Assembly: GCF_963921235.1 (NCBI RefSeq)
Contig: NC_086106.1
Location: forward strand, 11,284,001 to 11,348,000
Reading direction: 5' to 3'
Origin: Mobula hypostoma
Taxonomy: Eukaryota
DNA: 64,000 bases
Below the pieces are notes generated by a model that saw nothing but the letters and a program-made list of their open reading frames with translations, ran no database searches and had not been told where the DNA came from. Positions 1-10,305 of this stretch are shown here, piece by piece; position 1 is the stretch's first letter, and each line of letters opens with the position of its first letter. Both the position numbers and the translations under genes were made by a program.

Positions 1-19
1 TTTCTGCTCCTACTACTTG

Positions 20-575
20 GTTTTTTACCTTAAAAAGAGGTCTGGTTTGACAACTAAAACACTCGAAAACCTCTACGAACGTACTGTGGAGAGCATTCTG
101 ACTGGCTGCATCATCACCACCGGGTATTGGGGTGGCGGGGGGGGAAGCTACTGCATCAAATCAAAATAAGTTTCAGAAACTTGTAAACTCAGTCAGCTCC
201 ATCATGGACACCAGCCTCCGTAGTATCCAAGACATCTTCAAGGAGCAGTGCCTCAGGTCCATCGTTAAGGACCCCCACCACCCAGGAGGTGCCTTGTTGT
301 CATTGCTACAATCGGGAAGGAGGTACAGAAGCCCGAAGGCACACACTCAGTGATTCAGGAACAGCTTTTCCCCTCTGCCATCCGATTTCTGAATGGACAC
401 TGAACCCATGAACACTACCTCACTACTTTTTTTTAAGTTTCTGTTTTATTTTGCACTACTTGTTTTTAACTTTTTTTTCTCTAATATTAATTTGTCATGC
501 ATTTCATTGCGCTGCTGCCGTAAAGTTAACGAAATCCACAACATGTGCCGGTGATATTAAACCTGATTCTGATTC
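20..575 (+). mobile_element. Rex1/Babar-like LINE 3' fragment
   Basis: Translates to SIVKDPHHPGGALLSLLQSGRRYRS...FRNSF, the ORF2 C-terminus seen in many copies here; ends in a gattctgattctga tail; disrupted by stops. Confidence 0.75.
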
Positions 576-1834
576 TGAAAATGCTTTGCAGCCAGGTGAG
601 GTACAACTGAAGTGTATTCTCTTCTGGAAATGCTGGTCACTGCAGTCAGTGTAGGCACAACAAGATCCCAAGAACATTAAGGTTCCTGACCTGAGCCACA
701 TTGGCCCGAGTCAAGGAGCAGAGCTCGTGCTCATTGCTTGCCTGTGAAAATGGTGCACAGGCTTATACTCGCAGATTGGGTCTGCCTAGCTGCTGTGTCT
801 GAAGTAGAAAGGAATTTGCAAATCCGTGACGGTGGTGGAGTTCCCGCTTTTGGAGCCTGCCGAGCGGCCTGGCGTTCCAATAGCTCCAGGAGTGGCCTGG
901 AAGACGCATGCCTTCTGGGCCCCATCCCTCGCCAGAGTGCCAACTCTAGCATTGCGGGACAGCAGGACATCGAGACAGCGGGTGCGGCACTCTGTACTCG
1001 TGCGATTGTTCTCTCTCTCTCGATGGTGATAGAGAACTTGCGGCCGATTCTCGAGTCAGAGAAACTAAAAGCGACGCTGCAGACTGTAACATCAAAACGG
1101 CGAACTGTTGGCCTTCCCTCTCACAGTGGAAGGAGTGATACCTCTCTCTCCCTCGTTAGTAAGAGATACAGCCTGTGGCACTTTGCAAGTGCTCGGTTAT
1201 GAACTGGAATTTGTGATGGACTATAGATCACGGTCTTTGGGGGCTTGCTTATTGAGTGGGTGTTTGGGGGGGCCCCAGAACAATTGGGGGAGGGGAGGGT
1301 TGATGATTTGCTGCTGCTAGTGCATTGGGTGGGGGTTTTGGGGTTCTAACATTTGTCTGTCATTCATTCTTTGGGATTTGTCTCCTGTTTCGTGGATGTC
1401 TGTGAAGAGTAAGAATTTCAGGTTGTATACTATATACATTCTCTGTTATGTAACGGAAACATTGAACCATTTGTAAGAACGAGTCAAGAACTGGAAATCA
1501 AAGTCCAAAAATAAAGGCTCAGTCTTTAGGATTGAAATGAGAACCTTCCTCACTCGAGCATTTCAGAGTGAATTCTCTACCCAAGAGAGTTTCAGACAGG
1601 AATTGCATTCAAAACAGGGTGTGGTGGATTTCTAGATAAAAAGGAAACAAGAGATAAGGAATAAGGGTAGGAATCTTGTACTTGAGTTAGAGTATTAGGC
1701 TTATTATGGAATATCAGGTTTTTGGGTTTCTTTGTTTTGTGGCTGCCTGCAAGGAGATGAATCTCAAGGTTGTATATAGAATACATTCTTCAATAATGTG
1801 TACTTTGAACTTCGATGATCTTGCTAAATTGCAA

Positions 1835-2365
1835 AGGAGGTTGGTCAGATCGCACTTGAAGTACTGTGAGCAGTTTTGGGCCCCTTATCTAAGGAAGGAT
1901 GTGCTGGCTTTGGAGAGGGTCCAGAGGAGGTTCACAGGAATGATAGGGCAATAATTGATGGCTCTGGGCCTGTACTCGCTGCAGGGGAGTTCTCACTGAA
2001 ACCTATCGAATATTGAAAAGCCTAGATAGAATGGATGTGGAGAGGATGTGTCCTAGAGTTGGGGAGTCTAGGACCAGAGAGCACTGCTTCAGAAGGACAT
2101 CCCTTTAGAACAGAGATGAGAAGGAATTTTTTTTAGCCAAAGGATGATGAATCTGTGGAATTCATTGGCATAGATAGATGACTATGGAGGCCAAGTTATT
2201 TGGTATACTTAAAACAGTTTGTAAGCTTCTTGATTAGTCAGTGAGTCAAAGGTTACAGGGAGAAGGCAGGAATATGGGGTTCAGAGGGATAATAAATCAA
2301 TACGTTGGAATGGCGGAACAGATTTGATGGGCTGAATGGCTTAACTCTGCTCCGATGTCTTATGA
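1835..2365 (+). mobile_element. CR1/HER1-like LINE 3' fragment
   Basis: LVRSHLKYCEQFWAPYLRKDVLALERVQRRFT motif typical of CR1 ORF2 C-terminus, followed by the CR1 3' UTR. Confidence 0.8.
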
Positions 2366-2389
2366 ACATCTGACGTCCCACTCTTCCTG

Positions 2390-2614
2390 CAACACACACA
2401 AAATGCTGGTGAATGCAGCAGGCCAGGCAGCATCTATAGGAAGAGGTACAGTTGACGTTTCGGGCCGAGACCCAGAGTAAGATCCTGACGAAGGGTCTCA
2501 GCCCGAAATGTTGACTGTACCTCTTCCTATAGATGCTGCCTGGCCTGCTGCGTTCCACCAGCATTTTGTGTGTGTTACTTGAATTTCCAGCATCTGCAGA
2601 TTTCCTCGTATTTG
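2390..2614 (+). mobile_element. Penelope-derived fold-back element (inverted terminal repeat) with hammerhead-like core
   Basis: Arms ~2391-2473 and ~2492-2576 are reverse complements. Flanked by cgtcccactcttcctg (2374-2389) and cgtcctactcttcctg (2615-2630), a 16-bp TSD with 1 mismatch. Sequence matches the 3' end of the GIY-YIG elements at 22846 and 50128. Confidence 0.8.
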
Positions 2615-2927
2615 CGTCCTACTCTTCCTGTTTGTTTTAATTCAGTACAAGAGACATATTGGATCATTCAATAAGGTTCTGAGTTAGATAGAACAAAAAA
2701 CAGGCCATTCAGCCCCAATCATCCATGCCAACCAAGCAGTGCAATATCAGGGACTGATACAGCTATTTGTCACGGAATAGGCCATATAACCCTGGATATT
2801 GTTCTAGGTGGTGCTGGATCAGGGATAAAGTATAATCCAGGACTCCTTGAAGAAGTCACCTGTTGATATTGTTTGAAACTTCTAGCTGATAAGGAATAAC
2901 AGAATGTTACATGTAAAGATATTTTTG

Positions 2928-2928
<1 letters not shown>

Positions 2929-2960
<32 letters not shown>
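2929..2960. repeat. (CT)n(AT)n compound microsatellite
   Basis: Directly visible. Confidence 0.9.
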
Positions 2961-3264
2961 CACTGCATGTGGGGAAGATATCTCTTTAAGGTTAAAAAGT
3001 GAGCTGAGAGCTTTTAACAAATTTCACGACATATGCCGATGATATTAAACCTGATATACGCTAGTTATCGTAGGCTAGATGGAGAAAATCAGTTCTCTGC
3101 CAAGAGTTACGAAGATGTTGCCAGGACTCAGAGGCCTGAGTTATAAGATTGGGCAGGACAGGTCTTCATTCTTTGGAATATGGGAGATAGAGGGGTACTA
3201 TTGTAGAGGTGCATAATATTGTGAAGGATGCAAACGGAGTGAAAGTATAAACACTTCCCCTAAG

Positions 3265-3532
3265 TTCCCTCCTCCTTCCCTTTCTCCTGTGGCCCACTTG
3301 CCTCTCCTATCAGATTCCTTCCTCTCCGGCCCTTAATTTTTCCCACCCACTTGGCTTCACCTATCCCCTTCTAGCTATCCTCCTTCCCCTTCCCCTCCAT
3401 CTTTTTATTCTAGTGTCTTCCCCCTTCCATTTCAGACCTGAAGAAGGACCTCGGCCCAAAACTGTTTATTCATCTCCACAGATGCTGCCTGACCTGCTGA
3501 GCTCCTCCAGCACATTGTGTGTGTTTTGCTTC
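3265..3532 (+). mobile_element. Penelope-like 3' terminal fragment
   Basis: CT-rich body, then ctgaagaaggacctcggcccaaaac and gatgctgcctgacctgctgagctcctccagcacattgtgtgtg, homologous to other Penelope termini in the window. Confidence 0.6.
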
Positions 3533-3881
3533 AAGGGAAAAGTGATGTTTTATTTTCTCCTGGAGGTCGTGCCTGCGAATGCAGATTCCATAAGTAATGG
3601 GGCTGTGAGCATAACTGGCATTCGTGAAGAATAAATTTTTTAAAAAACGCGAGCGGAGCTGCTGAGGTATTGGAACGAAGCACAAATTCTCCTTCTAACA
3701 CCCAAGACAAGAACGACTGGGACGTTTACTTGTTCTAAGAAAACAGTGGATTGGAATATGTTACAGCCTAAAAGAGCGGATCGGCTCCGGTTCGATTGAG
3801 ACAGCGCGATTCGAGACCTCATGCCAACAAGCAGGCACAAGGAAGCCCGGAGGCTTGGGAGGGACGAGTAGCCGGCTGGCT

Positions 3882-4235
3882 TTAATCCGGGCAGGGACCG
3901 CACTTCCCACCCCGCAGTTTCTGGATCATCTCTTCCAGGAGGCACCGGTTGGGTCCCTTGAACTGGAAGACCTTGGAGCCGTTCCTGTAGAACTGGAAGG
4001 TGGGGAACCACGCGATGCGGCAGCGCTGCACCACCTCCCTGGCCGCGTTGATGTCCACCTCGCAGAAGTGGACGTCCTGGTAGCGCTCGGCGAACTCGCC
4101 GAGGTACAGCCGGATCATCTGGCAGAACTCGCACCAGCTGGTGGAGAAGAGCACGACCACCAGCTGCCGGTGGCTGACCCGCAGCGCCGACGCCAAGTCC
4201 AGGACTCCGCTGACGGTCTTCACCCGGCTGTCCAT
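3882..4235 (-). CDS. Intronless thioredoxin-like protein (117 aa) with atypical WCEFC site and C-terminal CGPC
   Basis: Full thioredoxin-fold pattern: LVVVLFSTSWCxxC, F-x-EVD, cis-Pro loop FPTFQFY, NGSKV..FKGPN. ATG at 4235-4233 in good Kozak context (ACGATGG); TAA stop; AATAAA on the - strand at 3554-3549; no disabling mutations. Confidence 0.88.
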   Translation of the reverse strand: MDSRVKTVSGVLDLASALRVSHRQLVVVLFSTSWCEFCQMIRLYLGEFAERYQDVHFCEVDINAAREVVQRCRIAWFPTFQFYRNGSKVFQFKGPNRCLLEEMIQKLRGGKCGPCPD

Positions 4236-4259
4236 CGTCGCCCCGCCTGAGTGAGACCC

Positions 4260-5520
4260 CCGGCCAATTACTGACGTCAGCCGACGTGGCACTCAAGCAC
4301 TTTCCGCAACGCCATTGGTCAACGCCTTACGGTGGCCCTTGCCCTAGCCAATGGGCTCGGTCCTTTTCCATATCATAGCAACGAATGTTAAAAATATAAG
4401 ACTGCGTACTCCACGCCAAATTATTACACATCGCCGCACATTTCATCATTAGTGATTCAACCGTTAACTGTGGCACATTTGTCAGAACATGTTTGAGCTG
4501 AGTTGTGTTTAAGGAACGAAATTTAAGACAAGAGCATGCTCTCCTCCGATTGATCCATGCTGTTGTCAGTCATGGTTCCTCCCCGCCTCTACCGTGATCG
4601 GTGGGGAGAGCAGCCAATCCGCGCTGGAGAGCGGGAGCCCTGCCCTCCCATTGGTCGTCAGACGCCGAGGTGGCACCAATGGCAGCGCCGAGGGGGCGTC
4701 TGCCTCCGGTCGGCGAGTCTTGATTGCCCGGAGCGCGGCAGCTGGGAAAAACAAGACGAAGTCGGCGGGGAGCGGGTAGTTGATGGCGGTCAGGCGGCGG
4801 CGGTGATGATGATGATCGGGGCGCTGAAAACTCCCGTGCAGAGTCGCTCGAAAGTAACTCAGCAGGTAGGCGATCTTGGGGGAATCCGCTTCACTTTGAA
4901 GGTTTTGTTAGTATTTTTTTTTGGAGCGCCCGCTATAACTAAGGGTGAGAGTGGGCTACTCGACGGAGCAGGCAGTGTGAACGGTCCCCAGGTGTCCTGG
5001 CAGGGACTTTGCGGCTGCTCTGGGACCCCCAGGGTTGGGGTCGGGTGCCGAAGTGCCGAGGAAGGTGGGGGTGGTGGTCGCTAAATGTCGTTGGGGGGGG
5101 CCAGAAGAGCTAGGGTTGCCCCCACTGCGCATGTGCGTGGCGCACAGGCTGGGAGTTGGAGTCCAGCGGAACTTCGGCTCTCTTTCCAAGTATCGCCTGG
5201 CGTTTGGGGGTGTTGTCCGAAGGGAGAGGCCGAAATCCGCTCGACGGGTTGTGGGGTGGGGGGGATGTGAGGGAGCCTTCCTCCCCCCACCCTTCAGCGG
5301 CTCCGAGGCTGGGTCGTGTGCCTACAATTCCCAGCGTGCCTCGGGCCTTTTTTAAAAAAAAGAACAGGTGGGACGAAGCTGCCGACTGGGCATGCGCAGT
5401 GGGTCCGGCGCAGATGGGCGGCCGGAGGCTCCGGGTTTCCGCCCACGGTCCGGCAGCGGAGGCGGCCGCCGGCGCGGGGGTGGGGAGGAGGGAGACGGGG
5501 CTGATGCTCACTCGGAGCAC
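4260..5520. promoter_or_regulatory. CpG-island bidirectional promoter between thioredoxin-like (-) and SERTAD3-like (+)
   Basis: CpG-rich. Perfect CRE TGACGTCA 4272-4279; CCAAT/ATTGG at 4264, 4314, 4348, 4614, 4650, 4676; GC box 4581-4587; NRF1-like TGCGCATGTGC ~5126 and GCATGCGCA ~5390; ZNF143/Staf-type CTACAATTCCCAGCGTGC 5322-5339. Confidence 0.75.
4806..4865 (+). CDS. Putative first coding segment (exon 1 3' end) of SERTAD3-like gene, giving an optional N-terminal extension
   Basis: ATGATGATG...CAGCAG followed by donor GTAGGC at 4866; phase 0 and in frame with the acceptor at 8613 (GTC CCA ATG GTC GGG AAG). Confidence 0.45.
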
Positions 5521-6984
5521 GGAGAAATGCAAGAATCCTCTCCTTTCAGGGGGCGACCAGGACTTTGAACACCGTAACCAGCGAGTGACACCCCCCCACC
5601 CCTGTTTATTAGGGAGCATGTCGAATTGTCGGGTGACCCATTAGCACTACAGACCAGGGTCTCTCTTGGGGGCTTGCTCGGTGGGTGCTGATGCTTTTCA
5701 CTGAAATAAGAACGGGAGGGTTATTCCTTCTCCCTGGAAAACCACCGCACCCCGTTTTGAATACAATCCCTCTCTGAAACTCGCATGGGTAGAGAATTCA
5801 CTCAAAATGCTTAGAGGGCTTTTTTTGGGGGGGGGTGGGAGGTGGTCTAACGTTTTACTGTCACTCATTCTTTTGGGCTGCTCTGCTGTTATATTTTTTC
5901 CGTGGATGCCTGCGAAGGGCAAGAATTTCCCGTTGAATGTGTTCTCTGGTGTTAAATTGAACTGTTGAGCTTGGAGAAAAGCAAAAGGGTTTGTGCAAGC
6001 GAACATGTTTGACGAGCCTGCCGCAGTTTTTCTGCTCTTGTGACTGTCAAAATTGATGCGGGGAATCTCTTCGTAGTATTCGAACCTATGTTTAGACTCG
6101 GGGGGGGGGGCGGGGGGTCACTAGTTGTAAGTATAGGGACTGGCTACTCGCAGTAAACAGGAATTTTTTTTGCTTGGGGTGTTTATAGGAACTGGTGCTG
6201 TCCATTATTATGTCCAATTAAAAAAAAACAAGTTGCTGACTTGATCTGACTACCCAACTGTTCTGTGCGTTTGTTTTTAATTTCGAACTTCCAGCATTCC
6301 AGGGGTTTAATTTGAAATGACATATCCAAGGCTGAATCGAGGTGTGAGTTGTGTGGGGGGGGATGCTGCGGGTGTTTCGGGGGCTGTTGGTGCAAATAAG
6401 TCAGGAGATCGTGGTTGAGGTGCAGACTGACTTGTGCAGTGTCCATGTTCCGGAGCGGGGGTGTGGGGAAGGAGAGGTACAGTATTTTAAATGAGGTGAG
6501 GTTATTACTTGTTTAGATTCTCTTGAATTGTTGAATCTACATGAAGCAGTCAGGTGGCGGAATGTACAAGGTTAAAGGAGTTGCTGTAATGATAAAGGAA
6601 AGCACATCTGTTCAGGTCAGATCTTGCTGCCCAAGGAAAGATGCACCCTGTGCTGCAAAGTTTCCTGGGATTAGTCCCCCGGGTGATGAATCTGTTACGG
6701 CTGGCTCTGGACTCTGTAAAGTTTAGAAAAATGGGGTGATCTCGTTGAATTTGTACAAAAATTTAAAGGGGTTATGCAAGTGTGTTTAAATTTAGAGGGG
6801 TTGATGCAGGTGCGTTTCCCTGTCTGAGGTGCTTGGAACCAGAAATCAGGAATACCAATTGAGGGACTGGCCGTTCATGACTGGGTTGAGAAGAAATTTC
6901 ACCCTGTGAATCGAGAATCATTGAAATTCTCTATCTGAAGATTCCATGGAGTCACGGGTTGAACTGCAGGATAACACTGAAGTT

Positions 6985-7385
6985 TCAAAGTTCCAAATAT
7001 GATTTATTATTGGAGAACATACATGTCACTACATACAACCCTGTGATTATTTTCCTGTGGGCATACTCATCAAATCTATAGAACAGTAACTGTAAACGGG
7101 ATCAAGGAACAGCAAATTGTGCAAATGCAAATATAAATAAACAGCAACAAATAACAAAAGATAAAGAGTCCTTAATGTGAGAGCATCGGTTGTGGGAACG
7201 CCAGAAGTAGAACGAGTGTTGCTATCCCCTTTTGTTCAGGAGCCTGATGGCTGAGGGGTAGTAACTGTTCTTGAACCTGGAGTTGCGAGTCCTGAGGTTC
7301 TTGTACCTTCATGTACCTTGATGGTAGTGAGAAAGGAGCGTGCCTGGGTGGTGAGGATCTTTGCTGCATGCTGCTTTTCTGTGAC
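6985..7385 (-). mobile_element. Rex1/Babar-like LINE 3' fragment
   Basis: Reverse complement of the Rex-like 3' end seen at 39600-40180. Confidence 0.65.
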
Positions 7386-7892
7386 AATTTCACTCAGTGA
7401 AAATAATTGAAATTCTGGTGAATTCCATGTAGTCATCAGTCAAATTTGAGGCTCAGACTGCAATTTTATGCAAAAGAAATCAGTGGTATTGGGGTTAATG
7501 CAGGAAATTTGGATCGAGGTGAAAGGTCAGTCGTGACAAAGGTCTCTCCCTTTACACGTGGCTAATGGTGAGAGATTTTACATTGTTTCGGGGAAGTGAT
7601 TTTACGAAATAGACTCTAAGGAACTAAATTCACCCAGAGTACTTGATTCATTCCTGTTATTTCAAAAAGAGCCGTCCAGCAGCGACAGATTTGTAGTTTT
7701 TGTTCCTCACATTTTGATGTTTTTAAGATGATTTTCTCTTTTCTTCCTCCCATCAGTCCCAGATCTTTACCAGTATTTCTTAACGTTGTGCCAATTACTG
7801 AAAATCTACGTTCTGCTGAAGTAAATTGCACCTTCCTATTCACCCTGCTTGAGCCCTTCGGTGAAATCTCCCCTTGGACTTTTGAGTTATTA

Positions 7893-8050
7893 GGTGGTAC
7901 GGTAGCACAGTGGTTAGCACAATACTTAACAGTGCCAGCGACCCAGGTTCAATTCCCACCACGGACTGTCGGGAGTTTGGTAGGCTGATTGGTCATTGTG
8001 AATCGTCCAGTGGCTGGAAGAGCTTATTCTACACTGTATCCCAATAAATT
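7893..8050 (+). mobile_element. tRNA-derived SINE (V-SINE/HE1-like)
   Basis: Box A TAGCACAGTGG and box B GGTTCAATTCC; AATAAA tail; related copies at 12675, 21480 and 54415. Confidence 0.6.
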
Positions 8051-8054
8051 GCTC

Positions 8055-8548
8055 TTTGATGTTGGTAAATGCAAGGTCATCCACTTTGGAAAGAAAACTA
8101 AAAGAGCAGATTATTATTTAAATGATAAAAAATGGCAGCACGCTGCTGTGCAGAGGGACTTGGTGTGCTATGCATGAATCACAAAAGGTTGGCTTGCAGG
8201 CTATCAGGAAGGAAAATTGAATGTTGGCCTTCATTGCTAGAGGGACTGAATTCAAGAGCAGGGAGGTTATGCTGCAACTGTACGGGGTATCGGTGAGGCC
8301 GCACCTGGAGTACTGTGTGCAGTTGTGGTCTCCTTGCTTGAGGAAGGATATACTGGCTTTGGAGGCAGTGCAGAGGAGGTTCACCAGGTTGATTCCAGAG
8401 ATGAGGGGGTTAGACTATGAGGGACTGTACTCGCTGGAATTCAGAAGAATGAGAGAAGATCTTATAGAAAGATAAAATTATGAAAGGGGTAGATGAGATG
8501 GAGGCAGGAAAGTTGTTTCCACTGGTAGGTGAGACTGGAACTAGGGGA
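8055..8548 (+). mobile_element. CR1/HER1-like LINE fragment
   Basis: KCKVIHFG...[19 protein letters not shown]...[11 protein letters not shown] motifs, with stops. Confidence 0.85.
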
Positions 8549-8618
8549 TGTGCTGGATACCTTGCTGGGCTCTTACTTATGCCACGTTAACAAAGTCTCT
8601 TTGCCTTGGCAGGTCCCA

Positions 8619-9422
8619 ATGGTCGGGAAGGGTGTGAAGCGAAAGCGCCTTGCCGAAGGGGGCCTGGACTCCTTCCAGAATCTGGCCGACTGCCCACAGT
8701 CCTACAGCCTCAAGCGGCAGCTGGTGCTCAACACCTCACTGAATAAGATGCAGAGCGGGCGCGCGCTGCCCGAGCTCAGCCTCCGGCGCACCGTGCTGAT
8801 CGCCAACACCCTGCGGCAGATCCAGGAGGAGATCCGGCTGGAGAGTAGCCAGCTGGTGTCGGCCATGGACTTGGAGGTGGGCGGGGCGGAGCAGGGCGTC
8901 CCGCGGGAGCCCTTGCCTTCGCGGCTGACCACAGAGAGCTACCCGGCCAGCTTTGGGGATGGCCTTGAGGACTACATGGCCATTGCCTCCGACGAAGACT
9001 TCTCCCTGTCCTCCGCCATTAACTCCATTCTCCGGGACCTTGACCTAGTCATCGACGGGAGCCCTCCGTTGTCGTCCCCACAGGACGCGGTAGAGACAAT
9101 GGACCTAGCAGGGGAAGAGGGAGCTCAATCCTCAGATCCTCCTAGACCCCTGGAGTCGGTGTTTGGCAGTTTTGAGATCATGAGCTCCAGCTACCTCGTA
9201 GGTGTGACCTTGGACGACCTCTTCCTCGACATTGACACGTCCGTGTGCGACTGCGACGTAGCGGGCTCGGTTCCCGGCGGCCGGGTGGCTCCCCCGGGCC
9301 CGGCTGAAGATTCAGGCAAGAGTTTCCCCTCGTGCAATTCCTCGTCGCTTGGGGCCAGTCCGAGTTTAAGGACGGACCTAAATGACCTCGATCACATCAT
9401 GGAAATCCTGGTCAGTTCCTAA
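8619..9422 (+). CDS. SERTAD3: SERTA domain-containing protein (SERTAD3-like, TRIP-Br family), 267 aa
   Basis: N-terminal MVGKGVKRK; SERTA motif SLRRTVLIANTLRQIQEE; central DFSLSSAINSILRDL; DDLFLDIDTS; C-terminal DLNDLDHIMEILVSS. Splice acceptor AG 8611-8612 lies just before the ATG. SERTAD3 versus SERTAD2/CDCA4 assignment relies on the tandem position upstream of SERTAD1. Confidence 0.85.
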   Translation: MVGKGVKRKRLAEGGLDSFQNLADCPQSYSLKRQLVLNTSLNKMQSGRALPELSLRRTVLIANTLRQIQEEIRLESSQLVSAMDLEVGGAEQGVPREPLPSRLTTESYPASFGDGLEDYMAIASDEDFSLSSAINSILRDLDLVIDGSPPLSSPQDAVETMDLAGEEGAQSSDPPRPLESVFGSFEIMSSSYLVGVTLDDLFLDIDTSVCDCDVAGSVPGGRVAPPGPAEDSGKSFPSCNSSSLGASPSLRTDLNDLDHIMEILVSS

Positions 9423-10039
9423 GGAGCCATTATACTGTGACAGGACACTAACCTCCACTAGCCAAAGATGACGCCTCTCACCTAATACCCCACTCTTTCC
9501 CATCGCTCCCCCCAGAAAAAAAATCCCCTCTATGACTTGCTGGAGGGGAGGTAAACCAGTCCAGCCCCATGGCTCACGATCTACTCAGGGCCCTCAATCA
9601 GCATGGGGCAACACCTGTATTCGGTGAGGGAAGGTGGAAGGGACGAGGCTGTAACTTTTTAAAACAATCGATTTAGGTACTCCCAAGATCATTGAGCGAG
9701 TGTGCCTCTAGGCCACTGTGCAAGGTCCCAGGTGAGGTAGATCAAGGGTTTTTCACCTGGCAATGCGGTTGGGAGAATTTTTTTAAAAACTAATGATCGT
9801 ATTGAATGTGCATTTTCTCTCTGGATTCTGCTTTTTAGTTTCTCCGCGAGTTCAGTTTTAAGGCTCTTTTTTTAAAAAAAGGAAAAGGGAAGACAGATCC
9901 TTTTCGCGTCTCCATTTGAACATGAAGAATTAAGAATGAAGCCGGTCCAGGTATATGCTGCTGGAAACCCATTCCAGAGATCTGGCTACCACGTAGAGGG
10001 GTCTCCTGCCCTCGTCAACATCTATCTCCCTCTCCCCCC

Positions 10040-10305
10040 NNNNNNNNNNNNNNNNNNNNNNNNNNNNNNNNNNNNNNNNNNNNNNNNNNNNNNNNNNNNN
10101 NNNNNNNNNNNNNNNNNNNNNNNNNNNNNNNNNNNNNNNNNNNNNNNNNNNNNNNNNNNNNNNNNNNNNNNNNNNNNNNNNNNNNNNNNNNNNNNNNNNN
10201 NNNNNNNNNNNNNNNNNNNNNNNNNNNNNNNNNNNNNNNNNNNNNNNNNNNNNNNNNNNNNNNNNNNNNNNNNNNNNNNNNNNNNNNNNNNNNNNNNNNN
10301 NNNNN
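10040..10305. other. Assembly gap (N run)
   Basis: Run of N. Confidence 1.

Noticed and set aside
3882-3902. Selenocysteine read-through at the thioredoxin C-terminus
   Set aside because: The stop is TAA, not TGA, and there is no in-frame TGA.
4236-4292. 19-aa N-terminal extension of the thioredoxin ORF
   Set aside because: It needs a GTG start and overlaps promoter motifs (CRE, CCAAT); ATG 4235 has good Kozak context and gives a normal thioredoxin length.
3640-4296. Overlapping ORFs of 218 aa (-) and 131 aa (+) at the thioredoxin locus
   Set aside because: Shadow frames of a GC-rich coding sequence with no recognisable motifs.
4780-4795. Homology between the SERTAD3 uORF start (gATGGCGGTCAGG) and the SERTAD1 start exon (gATGGCTGCCGTCAGG)
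   Set aside because: The match is too short and GC-rich to distinguish from chance.
8529-8618. First 30 aa of the 297-aa ORF as part of SERTAD3
   Set aside because: It begins at a GTG inside a CR1 fragment and runs through a polypyrimidine tract and AG acceptor (8611-8612); the family-typical start is ATG 8619.
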